From assembly GCA_010093605.1 (NCBI GenBank), contig MU004191.1, positions 1,720,816 through 1,784,815 on the forward strand: a stretch of DNA of 64,000 nt, in the 5' to 3' direction. The first letter of the stretch is position 1, and every line of letters starts with the position of its first letter. Of the stretch, positions 58,254 to 64,000 are shown in pieces. Both the position numbers and the translations under genes were made by a program. This stretch comes from Lophium mytilinum (Eukaryota). The notes under the pieces are model-generated. The model saw only the letters and a program-made list of their open reading frames with translations, was not told the origin of the DNA and did not search any database.

Positions 58254-61200
58254 ATTTTAGTAGCAGTTAAAAATAAGTTTTACTATTTATACTATGTAAA
58301 AGTATAGTATAGTTCTACTAGTATCTTTCTTAGATAGTAAAGTTAGCTATCTATATATAACGCCTCTTCTTAGTTTAAATATCTCTAACTAATAAAGAGT
58401 TATTATATAAAAGATTCTTATAGATGCTACCTAGAATAGCTACTATCTTACCTTATTTATACTAAGTTACCCGGGAAGATTATATCTTTTCTAACTCTAT
58501 AATTTTATATTCTTATCTATAATTTTTAAACCTTTTCTATTAATACCTCTCTATAGAGGCTATTAGGGTAGAAAATAAATAATCTACTATAACCGCTTTC
58601 TACATAAGAATAGCTTATAGATACTTGCATTAATATGCTGTAAACTTATACCTAAGTAGTAAGCATTCTATAGACACGCTTTAATGCAGTAGTGCCTGTG
58701 TTATTCTAATTATCTAAGGTTCTCTCTTAGAGCATATACTATATAAATACTATTATTAGCTAAGCTAAATTAATTAATTATTAGCAAGCGGCCTAATATA
58801 TAGTCTAATTAACCTAATAATACACTACTATAGTAATAATTACTCTTAATAATCTACATAATATAGTTAATATAGCACTTAACTCTATAGTACGCCTACT
58901 TCTTAAGTTTCTACCGGCCTTAGTACTTGCTTTAGAAACTACTATCTTTATCTAGATTATAATTATCTAGATATATATTATAATTACCTGCATATTTTCT
59001 ACCTTACTTAAAGGGCTAGTCTAGAAGAAGATAAAAAAGCCTAAGGCCGGACGCAGAACTATAGTATAAGATAGAATTAGAGAAATATCTTACTAGTAGT
59101 CTATATAGAAAGAGCGCTAAGAGAAAGACTAGTAATAATAATAGGTATTATTTAGTTTATATTTTCTATATATTATAATAGATTATCTAGATTATAGTTA
59201 TCCTATTAAAGTTTATAAGTCTTATTTTTAATAATAAGTAGTAGCTAAATAGAGTTTCTTCTAAGCCTCTAGTCTTAAATACTACTGTAATAAACCTAAG
59301 AAGTTAAATAGAGCGGTAATAACCCCTACTAGACTAAGTACTCCTCTATTTTAACTCCCTATATAGATTTATATTTATTCTCTTATAATAGTATTCTCTT
59401 AATTAACTTAAAAGGCTAACTAGCCCTCTTTCTATAACTATAACTCCTACTATACTTACAACCCCTTTTATCTACTTTCCTAATATAACTATCTTACTCT
59501 ACCTATCTTACTATCTCTATTAAAGCCCTTAAAGTTGCTATAGCCCTTAACTTTACTAGACTTATAATCTACGGCCTCTATAGTCTTACTATTCTTTCCT
59601 ACTATAAGTAATATTATTAGATTAGGGTGGAGCCGGCTAGCGTTAATATTTTATAGTAGAAGGAACTTAATACTTATAGTATATATAGAATTAGAACCTT
59701 TATACTAGAGGCTATATAAAGCCTAAGCTAAGGGTAAGAAAGAGGTTATAGTAGTATAAGGCTAAGATAGGGGGACACCTATATTTATTTATTAGTTAAA
59801 GCAGCAATTAGAATATAAAAGTTAGGCCTTAGAACTAATTAACTAAATTAAATAGTTAATTAAATTAATTAAAGTCTTAGTAATTCTATTATTATATTTA
59901 GATATTAGGAAATAGTTTAACCTAATTTAAAGAGGTCTAATTAATTAAAAATTAAATAGGTTAAACCGTTAGATTATATAATAATATTCTTCTAGTATAT
60001 TAAGGTCTTAGTGCAGGCTTAATACTAAAGCTACCTAAGCTATATGCTTTTCTAGTTATATGCACTTATATTATATAACTAGCTTATTATATATCTATCT
60101 AATATCTATAGTATCTTAGATACTAGCACTACTATAATACTACCTTAATATAATTTAATACTACTAATATTAAAACAGGTATTAAAGAGAATATTAATAA
60201 ATACTTATAGCATCTAATTTAATATATATTTTAAGTATATTAATCTACTCTTAAATACTACCCTTCTATATATACTTAAATTAGGTTTCTAACTCTTTAT
60301 ATAGCTCCTATCTAGTTTTAATGCCACTATTAATATTTAGCTAGATTTTAGTATAATAGGCTGGCGGCATATATCTATTAATAATAAATAATAGGCTATG
60401 CTCCGGGAGCTTCCTATTCCTAAAATAAAGTCTATTATTCTTTAGTATCTTAAGCTCTTTATATCTAAAGTATATAATATAGAGTTATCTATTATAATAT
60501 AGCAGGTCTATATTATTATTACAAGCCTATCTATGCATTAGAAATAAGAAAGCTTTATTATTACTTACTTAAACGTCTTTAAGATCTAGCAGTATTAGAA
60601 TATAAACTAAGATTGCAACTACCTTTACTAAGCTATAATACTTTCTATAAGTATTCTAGCCTATTATATTAATAGATATAGGCAAGCTTACTTTTTCTAT
60701 TATATATTTCTAAATAATAGTATTTAATAGTACGTAATTTATGCCTATACTATACTTTATTACTAGTAAAGAAGCTTAATAGGGCTGTAAGAGTTATAAG
60801 TTATAAAAATTATAGTTTTTATATCTTAACTATTTCTTCTACGTAAGTTAGGGGGAATAAAGTATTAGAACTAAAACTATCCTAATTTTAAAGTATTTAG
60901 TTTTAATAATACCCTAAAAAGGGAAAAGATAGCCTTATAACTATAAGATATAAATATTACTATATTATTTAGAGAAACTACTATATACTATATCTAATAG
61001 TATATACGCTTTATATAGTAAGTATTCCTTAATAGATATCTACCTTAAATTTAATTGCGGTACTCTTATCTCTTAAATAGCGCTTTAAATAGAAGGTTTA
61101 GGTTACTTCTTAGCTCTAGAATTTTATATAGATTATGTAAGCTGTCTATAGAATCTAATAAGTTATTTAATTTAAACTTAGCGTAATACTTATAGACCCC

Positions 61201-62092
61201 TATAGGGTAGAGTAATACAACGTGTTATTTTAATATTTTAAGGGACTATAAAGCTTTAATCTAGAACTTATTTAAGTAGAAGTTATTACTATCTTTATAG
61301 TAGAGATATTTCTATTATATATATTAATATAAGTTGCGCGCTAGTTAGCAGCACCGTTTATATTTTAAACTAGTAGGCTAATATAATTAATTTATTAATA
61401 AGTAATTATTATATAGCTATATAGGTATTATAAGCATCTACTCTAACTAGTCTTTAGTAGCGTCTTAGGTTGTTTTATTATTATTAAAGGTAGGGGGAAA
61501 GAATAGAGAGCTAAAGGTATTACTATAGGCTTATAGTAGGGGCTCTATACTAAATATCTCTTAAGGCTTACTATCTATAGTATAGGTCTTCTTAATAGTA
61601 TACCTTAGTAGAGCTTATATAATAGGGCCCTTCTGCTAGAAGAAGAGTAGGGTAGCGCTAGATCCGCTGCTATAAGGTTTTAGCGGGCGTAGGCTTCTAA
61701 TCTATCTAGCCTACAGCCTGTTATATATTAGACTAAAGCTCTTAAGTTATAAAGCTTACTAATAAGTTATAAGTAGACTATTATAAGGAATTAAAATATT
61801 ATATAGCCTAGAGTTTAATAGCATGTAAAAGTTTATTAATTTAGAGTTTCCCCTATCTAGAGTATTAGGTTTTACAGCGTAGCTCTTATTAGTAATATAT
61901 AAAATAGTATTCTCTTTTACTTACTATAGATTAGTTGCCCTATATATAGAGGCTGCGCTTATAAATAGACTATTATTTTTATATAGATATAAGCCTTCTA
62001 TAAATACTAAATTACTAAGCTTATAAGCCTAGTAATTATCTATCTATACTATATATATAGCTTAGCTCTATATAAAACTTATAATTAAAAAT

Positions 62093-63043
62093 AATGCGGT
62101 TATATTATTTATAAGGAGTTTATTAGAGTATACTAGAGGTAATCTATATCTTATCTATAATAGTAAGCTATAAGAGGGCGTCTAGGGTAATTTTATAAAC
62201 TTATATTATAGGCGCTTACATTAGGGGTAAACTAGAGTTATTAATGCTATAGAAATTTAATATAAGAATATATTAAGAGATAGAAGTTAATATACTATAC
62301 TAAGCATTTACTAAAGTTTAACATAAATATTTAGGTACGCCGCATTTACCTAGCGCAAGCAGGAGTAAATACGCGTTTTCTCTTTTAAAATAGATACTAT
62401 AGGGCCTGCATTAGGCTTAATATTCTCTACCCCCGAGCAAGAATAATTACCCACTACTAAGAAGTAGGTAGAGGATCTTAATAGGGGCGAACTGCCTAAC
62501 CTCTAGAGTACTATATTCTTTAACTAGTTTTAGACGCTACTCTTAGTACTTTTAATAATTCTATACCTAGGTAAACCCGTTAATCTATAGCCTATAATAT
62601 TAGGCTTTTAGTTACTAACTAACCCCTAATTTAACTTAATTATACTAAGCTAATACGCTAGAACGTATATACTTAAATTAGGGTGCTAAGAGTAGCGTCT
62701 AAATTATATTAAAGAATACGTATTTTATATAAAAACTCCATTATATAATAAGATTTAATAGATTTTATAACTAGTACTATATTACGTAATATAATCTTTA
62801 TATAAAATATAGTAGTATAACCTTAGTATAATAAATAGATTATTTTAGAAATAAATTTATAGTATAGAAGATTTATTAAGATTTAATCTAACTAAGCCTC
62901 TAAAAAAGCTTTAAAGAGACTCTAAGTAGGTAATTTATAAGCTAATTAGGGGTAAATACCCCCTCCTATTTAAGGATGCCATTTAAAATCCGCCTAAATA
63001 TAGGGGTTCTAGAGTTAAAAGAAGAAGTTTTCTATATATTTAA
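62093..63043 (+). pseudogene. RIP-mutated orphan ORF fossil (about 317 codons)
   Basis: One frame containing IFRYAAFT.RKQE.IRVFSF, FSTPEQE.LPTTKK.VEDL.RGELP and KLIRGKYPL.F.DAI. Only RIP-type stops; no family recognised. Confidence 0.4.
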
Positions 63044-64000
63044 TATAAAAAATCTAGCTACTTTCTAATAGTTATAGTATATAAATAATTCCTTATTTCT
63101 TATAATATTATCTATCGGCCTCTAGAAATTATCTACTAATAAGAATTAGTAGAGTATATTATAAGTAAATCTAGTTATACTTATATAAATCTAGACTAGA
63201 GAATTAGCCCCTTAAATCTATACTAATTCTTAGTAGTATATAGTTCTTGCCCGGTAGATAATATTATAAAAAAATTCTAATTAAGATTTTATTTATTATA
63301 ACGCAAATTTATTATAAAGCGGTTTATTATAGTAAGGTTATACTATACTTTTAAGGTTAAGTATAGCTAAATTAGATCTACACGCGGGAAGGTAGGTAGT
63401 AGCGGGTAGCAGAAGAGTAGAAGTATATATTTAACCTTCTATACTTCTCCGCCCGGCCTACTTCTACTCTTCTCTAGTCTTGCAAAGTTAGTTATTTTAA
63501 GAGGTTAAAAGCTCTAATATAAGAATACTATAATATAGAAGTAAGTAATAGAAAATATATAAAGTATAAAATCTACTCTATAGCCTACCTATAAATACTT
63601 TTAAGATTTCTTATAGCTAAGTTCTATACTTTAATCTTTAAGCTAAACTCTAACTACTAAGTAGAGTTAGTTCTAACCTTTAAGCTAACCTTTAGCCTTT
63701 ACTTAGTTTCTAATACTTCTAGCTAATATATTTCCCCTCTTAGTAATTAGAGCTTAGCTTAGGTTTCTAGATACGCTTCTTCTACCTAGCGGCCTTTATG
63801 CAAGTATATCCCTAGTATAAGAAAGGGTTAGAACTATTTATAATTTAAAGTTCTAGTTATTATAAATATACGCTAGGTAGACTATAGAAAGAGGCGGCTT
63901 CTAATATTTTTATTATAATAAGTAAAGTTTTAGTGCTCGCGCGGTCTATAAATTATAAGTATTAGTTACTAGAATATTTATTAATATTATAAGAGGCTTA

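Larger units (their letters stand above)
50996..64000. mobile_element. AT-rich, heavily RIP-mutated block (fossil of a large repeated element); runs off the window end
   Basis: Abrupt composition change at about 51.0 kb with pervasive TpA, strong CpA/TpG depletion and surviving CpG/GC islands. The ORF track has no ORF of 60 aa or more in 13 kb. Confidence 0.9.

Noticed and set aside
50996..64000. CRISPR array, telomere or simple satellite explanation for the AT-rich block
   Set aside because: No periodic repeats or TTAGGG arrays; the dinucleotide pattern and ORF fossils indicate RIP.

Overview
Genomic DNA from a filamentous ascomycete (Pezizomycotina), judged from GT-AG introns with CTRAY branch points and from repeat-induced point mutation (RIP). 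It has three zones. (1) About 1-33 kb is gene-dense euchromatin: a LaeA-like methyltransferase, a head-to-head RPN11/RPD3 pair, a SprT-like metalloprotease with a decayed inverted copy, a DUF2235 hydrolase, a RING protein, an MDR oxidoreductase, an AAA ATPase, an SP-RING protein, a Boi/Pob1 homologue and an MFS transporter. (2) About 33.9-51 kb is an accessory island of mostly intronless genes: three paralogous APH/choline-kinase-fold phosphotransferases, a protein of three tandem SRR1-like domains, a TF/reductase pair and a stop-interrupted orphan ORF. Two of the kinases sit head-to-head with small ORFs sharing a T-R-N-x-x-T-G-x4-K-x-H motif, suggesting a duplicated two-gene module. (3) From about 51.0 kb to the window end is an AT-rich, heavily RIP-mutated block. 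It begins abruptly at a TTAC inside the second partner gene. Reversing RIP by eye shows a near-full set of SNF2 helicase motifs and several orphan ORF fossils rather than recognisable gag/pol/transposase, consistent with a fossil giant cargo-carrying element. All homology calls come from motif recognition by eye; no database search was run.
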